IMG/VR virus record: IMGVR_UViG_3300044712_002668
Location: 271,989-335,988 of that record
DNA: 64,000 nt
Direction: 5' to 3' (one strand)
In this document: positions 19,846 through 29,027 of the stretch, one piece after another
Position numbering within the stretch: position 1 is the first letter of the stretch
Layout of the letters: every line of letters starts with the position of its first letter
The notes under the pieces: generated by a model
Seen by the model: the letters and a program-made list of their open reading frames with translations, nothing else
Database searches by the model: none
Told to the model about the DNA's origin: nothing
Made by a program: the position numbers and the translations under genes

Positions 19846-20805
19846 CTATTTGATTTGATTATAAACATCTTTAAATAATCTTGCTATCTTTACAAGCTCA
19901 CTTATATGTGAGCTTTTTTTATTCTTACCAAACACACCAGAGATATACTTTTCTGCTTCTTGCAGGGTTTTCAATGGTTCCTTCCTTAATACGGATTCGT
20001 GTTTGGTTGCTTTACCATGAGCCTTTTCATAATTATCCCCATCATAAATCATATGTTCACACTCTATGATTTCATGAATGAGTATAGGGATGAGTTCTTT
20101 CTTTTCATAGTGTGATTCAATCCATATCGTATTGTTTGGTACATAGGAATACCTTCCAGGGTTTCCTCCCATAACAAAATCAGTATCAAACTTCTGACGT
20201 ACCAAATTACCATCTACAAGATTTACTTTATAACCGTATACTTCGCCAATTTCTTTTGTAACAACATCTTTATCAGAGATGTTTTTATGTTTTTTATATT
20301 TATCCATTCTCTTTTCTGGAGAATCTTTCTCTTTCCATAAAACAATTATACGTTTATCTACGGGTTTTTTATGGTTATCCTTTGGAAATGTAAACCATAT
20401 CGGAGCGAATTCTTTTTGTGTGATGATTTTATATTCACCAACTGAAGGATCCATTATCTCTATCTCTGTATCGTTGATGTCAGATACTACAGAATAATGA
20501 GAATCATCATTGCTAAACCACTCTACAATGATTTGATAATTCTCTTTCAATAATTTCTCTACTTCTTTAAAAGAAGAATTGTTTTTTATATAACCTTTAA
20601 GATTATATTTCTTGGCACCGCTTAAAAGATCTTCAGCTTCTATACCATGCTCTTCAGTGGCACCGATATTCTTGGCAATATCTTCCAACTCTTCATGGGT
20701 ATTATAGAAATGCAGGATGCTTTTCAGACATGCCGGTCCACAGAAACCTGGGGTCTGATCAATCGCTATAGGTTTTTTATAAAACTTTTCTTCAGCTTTC
20801 GTCAT
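19846..20805 (-). CDS. C39-family cysteine peptidase fused to an HExxE domain
   Basis: QTPGFCGPACL, SHYSVV, IMDP triad; C-terminal VDG..VR...HEIIEC domain paralogous to 27744..28280. Confidence 0.8.
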   Translation of the reverse strand: MTKAEEKFYKKPIAIDQTPGFCGPACLKSILHFYNTHEELEDIAKNIGATEEHGIEAEDLLSGAKKYNLKGYIKNNSSFKEVEKLLKENYQIIVEWFSNDDSHYSVVSDINDTEIEIMDPSVGEYKIITQKEFAPIWFTFPKDNHKKPVDKRIIVLWKEKDSPEKRMDKYKKHKNISDKDVVTKEIGEVYGYKVNLVDGNLVRQKFDTDFVMGGNPGRYSYVPNNTIWIESHYEKKELIPILIHEIIECEHMIYDGDNYEKAHGKATKHESVLRKEPLKTLQEAEKYISGVFGKNKKSSHISELVKIARLFKDVYNQIK

Positions 20806-20845
20806 ACATTAAATTCTGTAATATGCGATGACTAAGGTGCAGTAA

Positions 20846-23281
20846 ATGAAAGCAAACAAAGAACAGAATTTAAACAAGCATTTGTACTGTGTGATGCTTA
20901 TGGCCATGCATTGTGCTGAATATCTTGGCGTCAATGATACGGCTCTCAAAGAGGTCATCGGGCTTTCTGCTTTCCTTCATGACGTAGGTAAGGCTACCAA
21001 ATATTTTCAAAACATCTCCCTCAGGGAAGAGAAGACCAGCACCAAAAAGTTTTTCGATCTTATTCGTGAACAGTATCCCCAATTTTCCGGAGAGGATGGT
21101 AAGGATTGGTATCCGAGGCATAACGAAATCTCATGGTTGTGGGCGGCTCTACACGCTACCGGTAAGTCTCTGTTCAAGAAGGTTGGCCTCCAAGCTATCT
21201 ATTGGCATCACGGAACCTTTGATATCAACCCTATCCGAGATACTGATACCAAATCCCTTGTAGAAGAATTGACCAAGTTCTCTCCCGATGAATGGAAAAC
21301 CATTGACCAAACAATCAAATCCCTTATTGATAATACAAACTTTCCTTTTGATATTACAAAGTATCTTGATGATAACATTGAACATTGTAAGATGTCACCT
21401 TTGTTTGATATTGAAGATAAGGCTGCCAATAATGGCATGATTGAAAACGCTCAGCGTTGGGTTATTCGTAGTTGTGTGATGTATGCTGATGCTACTGTTT
21501 CAAGGATGTCTTCCGATGAATTGAATGATCTAATTCTCAATAGAAATCCAGCTACTTATTTCAAGCCTTATTATCTCTCTGTGAAGCCTGAGTTTGTTTG
21601 TCCTGAAGGTTACGATCCGGAACGTTTCAGGATTCAGAGTGAGATTTATAAGAGTTGTAATCATACTACGGTTGTAAAGGCTCCTGCTGGTTTCGGTAAG
21701 ACCTTGATTGGTTTGATGTGGGGCCTGCTACATGGACAACAGTTCTATTGGGTTTGCCCTCGTAATGATGTTGCCCAAGGCGTTTTCGAAAACATCAAGG
21801 AAGAACTCCGTAGACTTAACATCAATATCAATGTTGAATTGTTCCTGACATCGGAACGTCAAGACTCATTTGGACCGAATGTACCGCATGTACATGGTAC
21901 GTGTGACATTGTGGTAACGAACATTGATATGTTGATGGCTCCATTGCAGAGTCACAAGCATGCATGCAGGGTTTTTGATATCAATGCTCGTAACATTATC
22001 ATGGATGAGTTCCATGAGTTGATTGGTGATGAAGGAATGTTTTCGGCCTTTATCAATTATATGAGGGCTCGCAATTTGATTTGCTCAAATACGAGAACCT
22101 TGCTCTTGTCAGCTACTCCTTCCGTCCTGAATGAACTTTGGGATAGCGATACAAAGCAAACCAGGCTTCTTCCAGATGATGAACATCATTATAAGGCTCA
22201 GCATGATAAGCCTTATTACTTCAAGTTCGCTACTGCAATGCCCACCAAGCCGTTGCCTGGCTCGTTGAGTATGTATTGCAGCATTTCCACTGTCATTGTA
22301 AATTACAATCCAAGAGTTCATACGGCAATTATTCACAGTCATTATCCAACGAATTACAAGAAGGACATTTTGAATGGAATTTTCAAGACCTTTGGAAAGG
22401 GAGGGGATAAGAATGGGACTGTGATATCAGCGCCTATTCTACAGGCTGCATTTGATATTTCATTCAGGAGTATGTATAAGGCAGTTGAATCTCCTGAGGG
22501 AGACATTCAGCCACTTGGGCGTGTGAATCGTTGGGGAGAGTTGGAGAGTGCAGAGGTTGTGTTGGTACCTTTGGCGGCTTCTAATCCTAGTGAACGGGGA
22601 GCAATCAATACCCGATATGATTTGGACCTGCACCGGGATTGGTTGAAGTATTTGAAGAACAATATAAAGTCAAAGGCTACGTTGGATGAGGTTTATTCTT
22701 TGTATAATGCTTACAATAATGTTGCCAAGCCGAAGTTGATATCTTATTATTACAGGTGTTTGGATAAGGCAACTGAGAGATTGTCAAAGTTCTTCCCCAA
22801 GGACTTCGGAGTTTCCCGGCCTTCTCGTGATAATATCAAATCGGTTTCAAATCTGAGAAGTTATTCTCCATCATTCTTTATTGTAGTAAGGAATTTGAAG
22901 ACCAAGGATTGGCATCCATTTGCTTTCAATATTCAGAACTATGATTTGGATGAGTGCATAAGTGAAAACCGGGAGAAGTTGGAAGCGTATACAATTAAAA
23001 CTGTTATGGAGCATTTGAATGAATTGAAGTTTGAGGATGGCGAATGTCATTTTGATTATAGTAAGATTTTGAATAGGTTCTTCAATCCAAAGAGGAAGAG
23101 TGAGAAGAAGATTGGTGGCAAGCTTGTAAAGATAACTTCCAAGGTTCGTAAGAATTATAAGGCAGAAGATTTTATTGATTATATCAGGGAAACAAAAACG
23201 CCATTGCCGGTGTTTGATAGGTTCTTTGATCCTGTTCGTGGTTTGGTTAAGGAAGAGTTTTTGTACGCAATCAATTATTGA
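20846..23281 (+). CDS. cas3: CRISPR-associated Cas3 (HD nuclease plus SF2 helicase), no Cas2 fusion
   Basis: KHL...LHDVGKA...RHNEIS...WHHG...AD; APAGFGKT, DEFH, SATP, GRVNR; adjacent to cas genes and array. Confidence 0.92.
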   Translation: MKANKEQNLNKHLYCVMLMAMHCAEYLGVNDTALKEVIGLSAFLHDVGKATKYFQNISLREEKTSTKKFFDLIREQYPQFSGEDGKDWYPRHNEISWLWAALHATGKSLFKKVGLQAIYWHHGTFDINPIRDTDTKSLVEELTKFSPDEWKTIDQTIKSLIDNTNFPFDITKYLDDNIEHCKMSPLFDIEDKAANNGMIENAQRWVIRSCVMYADATVSRMSSDELNDLILNRNPATYFKPYYLSVKPEFVCPEGYDPERFRIQSEIYKSCNHTTVVKAPAGFGKTLIGLMWGLLHGQQFYWVCPRNDVAQGVFENIKEELRRLNININVELFLTSERQDSFGPNVPHVHGTCDIVVTNIDMLMAPLQSHKHACRVFDINARNIIMDEFHELIGDEGMFSAFINYMRARNLICSNTRTLLLSATPSVLNELWDSDTKQTRLLPDDEHHYKAQHDKPYYFKFATAMPTKPLPGSLSMYCSISTVIVNYNPRVHTAIIHSHYPTNYKKDILNGIFKTFGKGGDKNGTVISAPILQAAFDISFRSMYKAVESPEGDIQPLGRVNRWGELESAEVVLVPLAASNPSERGAINTRYDLDLHRDWLKYLKNNIKSKATLDEVYSLYNAYNNVAKPKLISYYYRCLDKATERLSKFFPKDFGVSRPSRDNIKSVSNLRSYSPSFFIVVRNLKTKDWHPFAFNIQNYDLDECISENREKLEAYTIKTVMEHLNELKFEDGECHFDYSKILNRFFNPKRKSEKKIGGKLVKITSKVRKNYKAEDFIDYIRETKTPLPVFDRFFDPVRGLVKEEFLYAINY

Positions 23282-23316
23282 AGTTCAATCAACCAACCAA
23301 CAAGGAAAAAAACAGC

Positions 23317-24429
23317 ATGTCAATCGCCAAGTCTCTGCTTCTTCGTGTCCTTTTCAATGGTGATGGAATCGTCAATTTTGATTCTCCGGATCAAAAGTAT
23401 CTTTGGAACAAGTTGGAGGGGGCAGGTTTTATCAGGCACAATAATACCATGGTTGGAAAGGCCAGGTATGAGTCAAAAAAGGTAACTCGTCAGAATCAGG
23501 ATAAAGAGGATTATGAGAAGGAGGTTTATACACGGGTTCCAATCAATTCTGCAGACTGCATTCGTCATACCATGTATGAAGATGTGATGCGAACGCATCT
23601 TCCCAATGTTCAGCATGATGATGATTGGTTGATTCGTACCATTGCAAACCCTGCTTTCATCCAGCGTGGGTATATGTTCCCCCGTGCCAACAAGGAATCT
23701 TGGAAGCGCAAGTCTTCATTGGCTTTCGGTTATGCCAAGGGTATTACGCCAAGTGTTCCGGCAATTGAAACGTTTTCAAATTCTCAAGAAAGGGATAATG
23801 TTGAGAAGAGCGAGAGTGGTTCTGAGACATCTTTCTTCTCTCGTGAGGTTCGAGGACAAGTAAATTATGAAATGACTGGAGTAATTGATTTGGCTGAGCT
23901 TGGGTTTATCTCCTTGAGTGATGTTCATGATCGTTTGGGATTCCATCCCGATCTTGATGGTGAGTTTATTGAGATGTTCAAGAAGCATTTCAAGTTTGAG
24001 GATACGATTACTTCTGGGTATTTTGTTCGTGAAGGTGATGCTTATGAGATTCCTGAGCAGGGTATTCTGCTTGGGGACAAGTATGTTATCGCCATGGTTG
24101 AGGATATCCTGAAGCGTTTGGCCAGGTTCAATTTGGTTCGTACCACTACTGGTTTTCTTCAGACTGCCAAGGTTGAGGTTATGGTTGTCAAGGATCCTTT
24201 GACTGACCGTGTTACCAATACTGATGGTTGGATTAATGTTTTTGATAATGGTAAGTTTTCTGTTGACTTTTTGAAGGGTCTCAAGATTGAGCGTGTTTAT
24301 AATGAGACCTCTATTGAGGAGGCTATTGAGAAGGTTCGGCATTATAAGGAACTGAAGAATGTTGATGAGCCGGTTGTGGAAGCCAAGCCCCCGAAGAAGC
24401 CGCGTGGCAAGAAAGAGGCGGCGGCATGA
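23317..24429 (+). CDS. cas7: Cas7 backbone subunit, type I-F2 (Cas7fv)-like
   Basis: G.GIVN, S.DCIRH, RGY, KR.S.L, TSFFS, L.FISL...DR, E.GILL, L.RLA, collinear with recalled Cas7fv motifs. Confidence 0.82.
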   Translation: MSIAKSLLLRVLFNGDGIVNFDSPDQKYLWNKLEGAGFIRHNNTMVGKARYESKKVTRQNQDKEDYEKEVYTRVPINSADCIRHTMYEDVMRTHLPNVQHDDDWLIRTIANPAFIQRGYMFPRANKESWKRKSSLAFGYAKGITPSVPAIETFSNSQERDNVEKSESGSETSFFSREVRGQVNYEMTGVIDLAELGFISLSDVHDRLGFHPDLDGEFIEMFKKHFKFEDTITSGYFVREGDAYEIPEQGILLGDKYVIAMVEDILKRLARFNLVRTTTGFLQTAKVEVMVVKDPLTDRVTNTDGWINVFDNGKFSVDFLKGLKIERVYNETSIEEAIEKVRHYKELKNVDEPVVEAKPPKKPRGKKEAAA

Positions 24430-25328
24430 GCAAGTATATTCTGCTTCTGGATTTTCAAAACGCAGGAATCTTTAAAAAGTATTGGCATAAAACAGAGCCT
24501 CGCTCTGCTTCCGGTGATGACCGTATTTTTGATGGAAAGAATTCCGATTATCGTCGTAAGGATCAATGGATTGAACCTTCTACGGTAACCTTTCATTATA
24601 GTTTTATTGAGAATGTTTTGAGAGTTCTTGCCGGGCGTAGACCCGTTCCTAAGTATCGCTCATCCTGTGTTGAACATGATGATGATATAATCAGGTTGGC
24701 TAAAAATAGTTATGTAAAAATTGATGCATTGGTCAGGCATTGGGAGGGGAAGCCTGACACATTTGCCACAGAGACCATGACAGTCAGGAAGGCGTCATGG
24801 AATGCATGGAATCAGGGTTGTATAGTTGGTTGGAAAAGGTTGGAGAATTTGTTGCCTGAGGATTTGTTCAATGAATTCTGTAGATTGGTTGAGAATATTT
24901 TTGGAATTGATTATTATAGAAAGGTTACGTTGAGTAAGGTTATTGAGAAGATTCATACGATGAAGAATGATAAGAGGATCATATCATTGTGTGACAGGGC
25001 GGTAGCCGTTTCGTGTACAAATTTCAAGCATCTATTGTTGGAAACTGGGCAGCCAACATTTTTTCAAGCCAGTTATAAGAAGTATGGGGATTCAACGGAA
25101 GCGAATGTTTGTATGAGAACCTTGACTGTGAAGGGAATTGCTGATGTAAGCAGATTGGATGGTATGATTGGAGTACCTGTAACGGCTGAAGAGTTGGAGA
25201 TGTTCCGCAAGGGTCGTGGATTTGCCACATTGTTTGATGGGGGTTTGGTAACTATAAACAAGGTTGTAGATTTGGAGTATTCAAACACTGGTGTAGTTTT
25301 GAATGGGTATACGCAAGCACTACAATGA
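24426..25328 (+). CDS. cas5: Large Cas5 subunit, Cas5fv-like with helical insertion
   Basis: 300 aa; IENVLRVLAG helix and C-terminal Gly loop ATLFDGGLV; lies between cas7 and cas6. Confidence 0.65.
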   Translation: MSKYILLLDFQNAGIFKKYWHKTEPRSASGDDRIFDGKNSDYRRKDQWIEPSTVTFHYSFIENVLRVLAGRRPVPKYRSSCVEHDDDIIRLAKNSYVKIDALVRHWEGKPDTFATETMTVRKASWNAWNQGCIVGWKRLENLLPEDLFNEFCRLVENIFGIDYYRKVTLSKVIEKIHTMKNDKRIISLCDRAVAVSCTNFKHLLLETGQPTFFQASYKKYGDSTEANVCMRTLTVKGIADVSRLDGMIGVPVTAEELEMFRKGRGFATLFDGGLVTINKVVDLEYSNTGVVLNGYTQALQ

Positions 25329-25846
25329 ACCTGTATAAAATCCACAAGGCATTTGCGAATCCTTATCAGAACCACCAGGCATTGAAGAACTTGTTTCTGG
25401 GAGAGGGGCGGGTTCTTTTCCAGAACTTGGGTTCTTCTTTATTGGTGCTTTCTCAAATAAAGTTGAGCGATGAATACCGGAATAACTTTTTGATTGATTT
25501 TCTTGATATTGATAATTGTTTGAATGGTGACATTATGAATTTTTCTATCAGGTTGAATGCTTGCAAGGGCAGTCAGGGCAAGCGATATACGTTGAAGGAG
25601 GATGAATTTGAGAGGTGGGTTGATTGGAAGATGGGACAAGCTGGAGTTTCATTGGTTAAGAAGAGCATTCATAATGAGGGAGTTATTGTTAGTGACAGGC
25701 AGGGTGGGCATTGTTATCATGCTTCATTGTTTGTATCTGGTATATTGAAGGTTGAGGATAGGGTTTTGTTCAGCAAATCGGTTGAGCTTGGCATTGGACA
25801 TGGCAAAGCTTTCGGGTTCGGGTTGTTGAATGTGTTTACGTGTTAG
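25325..25846 (+). CDS. cas6: Cas6 endoribonuclease, Cas6e-like
   Basis: NPYQNHQAL, F.IRLNA.K, C-terminal GIGHGKAFGFGLL G-loop. Confidence 0.88.
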   Translation: MNLYKIHKAFANPYQNHQALKNLFLGEGRVLFQNLGSSLLVLSQIKLSDEYRNNFLIDFLDIDNCLNGDIMNFSIRLNACKGSQGKRYTLKEDEFERWVDWKMGQAGVSLVKKSIHNEGVIVSDRQGGHCYHASLFVSGILKVEDRVLFSKSVELGIGHGKAFGFGLLNVFTC

Positions 25847-25847
25847 A

Positions 25848-27473
25848 GTTCTCTACTGGTTTTTGTAGGGATTGAAATAAATCTGTCGCTCAGCGCTCCT
25901 TTGCCTCGTTGAATTGAATTCCCTACTATATTATGTAGGGGTTGAAATGAGCAATTGGCCATAGCTTTCAGGGAACAATACGATCATTGAATTCCCTACT
26001 ATATTATGTAGGGGTTGAAATCCCCCAACGACCTGGAGTTTTTACAGATCCAATTAAATTCCCTACTATATGTAGGGATTGAAACCGAATCAGGATATGT
26101 CGTCGTGGTTGTGTATCGGTATAATTGAATTCCCTATTATATAGGGATTGAAAAGTCGCATTCGAAGTCAAGACCGCTATTGGTAAAGTATTCCTACTAT
26201 ATGTAGGGATTGAAACACCCTGCGTTGGGCCCGAAAGAGACCGGCGGTTGTCCGATTGAATTTCCTACTGTATGTAGGGATTGAAATATAGGAGGCTCCC
26301 TCGGGGATGTGTCAGTGCGAACATTGAATTCCCTGCTATGTGTAGGGATTGAAATGATGTGGTCGGTGCCATATTCCTACCGCGTGACTGAATTTCCTAC
26401 TGTATGTAGGGATTGAAACTCCGTTGGTTCCCGCGAGATGGTTATCGTGGAGGTATTGATTCCCTATTATATAGGGATTGAAATAACGTTTTTGAAGGTC
26501 CGTCGCGTATAGCTTAGTTTAGTTTCCTACTATATGTAGGGATTGAAACGTGCGTATGACATAGAAGTGTGTTGCCGTGATGGTTCCCTGCTGTATGTAG
26601 GGATTGAAATCTTAGTTTCACCGGAATTCAGGTGATGACATTTATTTCCCTGCTTTATGTAGGGATTGAAATGCGAGCAGTCTAAATTCTTCGGCAGTCA
26701 GTTTGGAGTCGGTTTTCCTACCAAGGTAGGGATTGAAATGGTGGACATAACCAGAATAGTCGTGGACTTGTAGTTAATCCCTAATAAAATAGGGGTTGAA
26801 ATGTAGTTGGCGGATTTAAAGGAGACCAACTAAATCTCCCTACAATATGTAGGGGTTGAAACTTTCTCTCTTTTCCGCGTCCATCAGTCTTTATGATTCC
26901 CCGCTATATGCAGGGATTGAAATCCGCAACCACCGTTTAGTCCTGCTAACATTACGTAGTTCTCCGCTATATGCGGAGGTTGAAACCCTACTCCGTCTTT
27001 CAGTGACGCTACCGTTTTTATTCCCTATTTATGTAGGGGTTGAAATAAGGATGGATCCAATCATTGGGATGTTCTATTGTCTCCCTATTTATGTAGGGAT
27101 TGAAACAGCGGAAGAACTCAATCTTTCCAAGTTTGATTGATAGTTTCCCTACTAAATATAGGGATTGAAATGCTATTTATGATATGATTCAGCGTGTCAA
27201 AATAGTTTTCCTACTGTAGTGTAGGGATTGAAACTCCACTGCATCTAGTACAGCGAATGATTCTTAATGTCCCTGCTAATAAGCAGGGGTTGAAACTACC
27301 CTGATAGACTGCCTTCTATTGATTATGATGATTCCCTACAATATGTAGGGATTGAAATCGTCAGGCTATTGATGAGAATGCCATTGTTCAATGTCCCTGC
27401 TGATGTAGGGGTTGAAATCAAAGCACGCCTTCGGGCAGTACAATTAGAATCATCTCCCTACACCATGTAGGGA
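25848..27473 (+). CRISPR. CRISPR array, 26 degenerate repeats and 25 spacers; consensus (ATTGAA)TTCCCTACTATATGTAGGGATTGAAAY
   Basis: Hairpin plus RTTGAAA recurring every 60-73 nt from 25877 to 27417; last repeat lacks the handle. Confidence 0.95.
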
Positions 27474-27486
27474 CTCGGAGAATACA

Positions 27487-27723
27487 ATGAAAGATAAAGA
27501 TACTCTAAAGCCTTTATACATCTGGCTCTCCTGCACCCATGCACGAGGCGATTCCTACGAGGAGGCTTTCCAAGAAGCCTTGACCAAGAAGCCGGAAATT
27601 GCTAACCTTACTTGGAAGGGTGTCCCTCTAGGTCATTACGAAGCAACAAATTCTTTCTATAATCAAACTTATAATTTCATCCCTAACGGAAAGTTCTCAG
27701 AATTTGTTTTTGAGGCTCAATGA
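27487..27723 (+). CDS. Hypothetical protein
   Basis: GGAG SD abutting the terminal repeat. Confidence 0.6.
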   Translation: MKDKDTLKPLYIWLSCTHARGDSYEEAFQEALTKKPEIANLTWKGVPLGHYEATNSFYNQTYNFIPNGKFSEFVFEAQ

Positions 27724-27743
27724 TAATATTTCAGTATTGATTT

Positions 27744-28280
27744 ATGAATATTGAGGCCATAGAAAATATTGTTTCTATGTATTGTATAGCGGCTGAAGAG
27801 GAAGATAAACATCGTCGTCATTTGGACTGGGATGATTTAAGAGCTGATGTACAATCCAGAGGGAAAAAGAAAGATCCAAAGTTGAAGCTGTCCGGTAAAT
27901 GGAAGGTCTTTGTACGTAAAGAAGGACCATTCAAAATATATGCTGTTGATGGAAAATGGATTAGAAACAATCTTTCCGTGATATTCAATCATGGGGGACA
28001 TGGTTTTGTACATGAGTTTATTCCAGCAGATGAAATATGGATTGCAACAAATCATCATGATGAAGGAAAGAATAGCTCCTGTGGGTGTGGTAAAGGAAAT
28101 AGTAAAGTATCAAAAGAATATTTTGATAGTTGTGTAGAACATGAAATTGAAGAATTCAAGCATATGAAAAAAGGAAAGCCTTATAAACCAGCTCATCAAA
28201 AAGCCTTGGATGCTGAGAAAAATCTCGGTCTATTGAAGAGTATGGTTGGTGATAGCGGTTCCACACCATTGAAACTCTAA
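27744..28280 (+). CDS. HExxE-domain protein, paralog of the C39 fusion C-terminal domain
   Basis: AVDGKWIR...GGH...IP..EIWI...HEIEE...AH.KA. Confidence 0.65.
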   Translation: MNIEAIENIVSMYCIAAEEEDKHRRHLDWDDLRADVQSRGKKKDPKLKLSGKWKVFVRKEGPFKIYAVDGKWIRNNLSVIFNHGGHGFVHEFIPADEIWIATNHHDEGKNSSCGCGKGNSKVSKEYFDSCVEHEIEEFKHMKKGKPYKPAHQKALDAEKNLGLLKSMVGDSGSTPLKL

Positions 28281-28294
28281 CAAATGGTATCAAA

Positions 28295-28621
28295 ATGAGC
28301 TACGAAGGTCACATCCAGAATATCTGTAAGAATGGTCATTTGTTTGAATGTGATTCCTATATACCCAAAACAACTTGCCCAGTATGTCTAGCTTCAATTG
28401 CTTGGTCAAATGAAGTGGATGATACAAATGGCGAAGAATATGGTCATGTTGATCTGGATCCTTTCCGTAGAAAAGCTGGTTCAAGAGTGACTGAACAAAC
28501 CAGTAAGGGTTGGAGAACAATAGAATACCATGCCGAATACAATATTCCTCCTAAAGATGTAGAGAAAACCTTCCGTGATGAAGATGGTCATGTTCTTTCT
28601 ATAAAGAATTATCCAGAATAA
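28295..28621 (+). CDS. Zn-ribbon hypothetical protein
   Basis: MSYEG..Q.ICKNGH...CPVC. Confidence 0.65.
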   Translation: MSYEGHIQNICKNGHLFECDSYIPKTTCPVCLASIAWSNEVDDTNGEEYGHVDLDPFRRKAGSRVTEQTSKGWRTIEYHAEYNIPPKDVEKTFRDEDGHVLSIKNYPE

Positions 28622-28622
28622 T

Positions 28623-29018
28623 ATGCAAACTTTTCTTCCCTACCCAGATTTCAAGAAGTCTGCAAAGATTCTGGATTTCCGTAGGCTTGGAAAACAAAGA
28701 CTGGAATGCGTTACCATTCTAAGAGGTAAATGGCCAAATCATTCAGTTTCCAAGATGTGGCTTGACTATCACTACCAATTGTGCGAATATGCTAAAGAGA
28801 TCTGTTTAGAGTGGAGAAGAAGAGGCTATAAGGATGTTCAGTATGATGTTGTTTGTGAGATGCAAAAACATCTTATAGATACAGGGCTTCCTCCCTGGTT
28901 CGGTAATAAAACTTTTCATCGTGCTCATAAAAGTAATCTTGTCCGTAAGAAGCCTGATTATTATAGAAAATACTTCCCTGATGTTCCCGATAATCTCCCC
29001 TATCTATATCCGAAGTAA
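28623..29018 (+). CDS. MSMEG_6728-like / pyrimidine-dimer DNA glycosylase family protein
   Basis: MQTFLPYPDF..SA..LD.RRLGKQR.E; PPWFG...H..H.SNL.RK. Confidence 0.8.
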   Translation: MQTFLPYPDFKKSAKILDFRRLGKQRLECVTILRGKWPNHSVSKMWLDYHYQLCEYAKEICLEWRRRGYKDVQYDVVCEMQKHLIDTGLPPWFGNKTFHRAHKSNLVRKKPDYYRKYFPDVPDNLPYLYPK

Positions 29019-29027
29019 GGTAAACAT

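Noticed and set aside
26856-27140. 94-aa ORF inside the CRISPR array
   Set aside because: Read-through of repeats and spacers (recurring PLYAGIE/PIYVGVE); no RBS
27487-27723. Possible cas2, cas4 or anti-CRISPR next to the array
   Set aside because: No Cas2 or Cas4 motifs; position alone is insufficient
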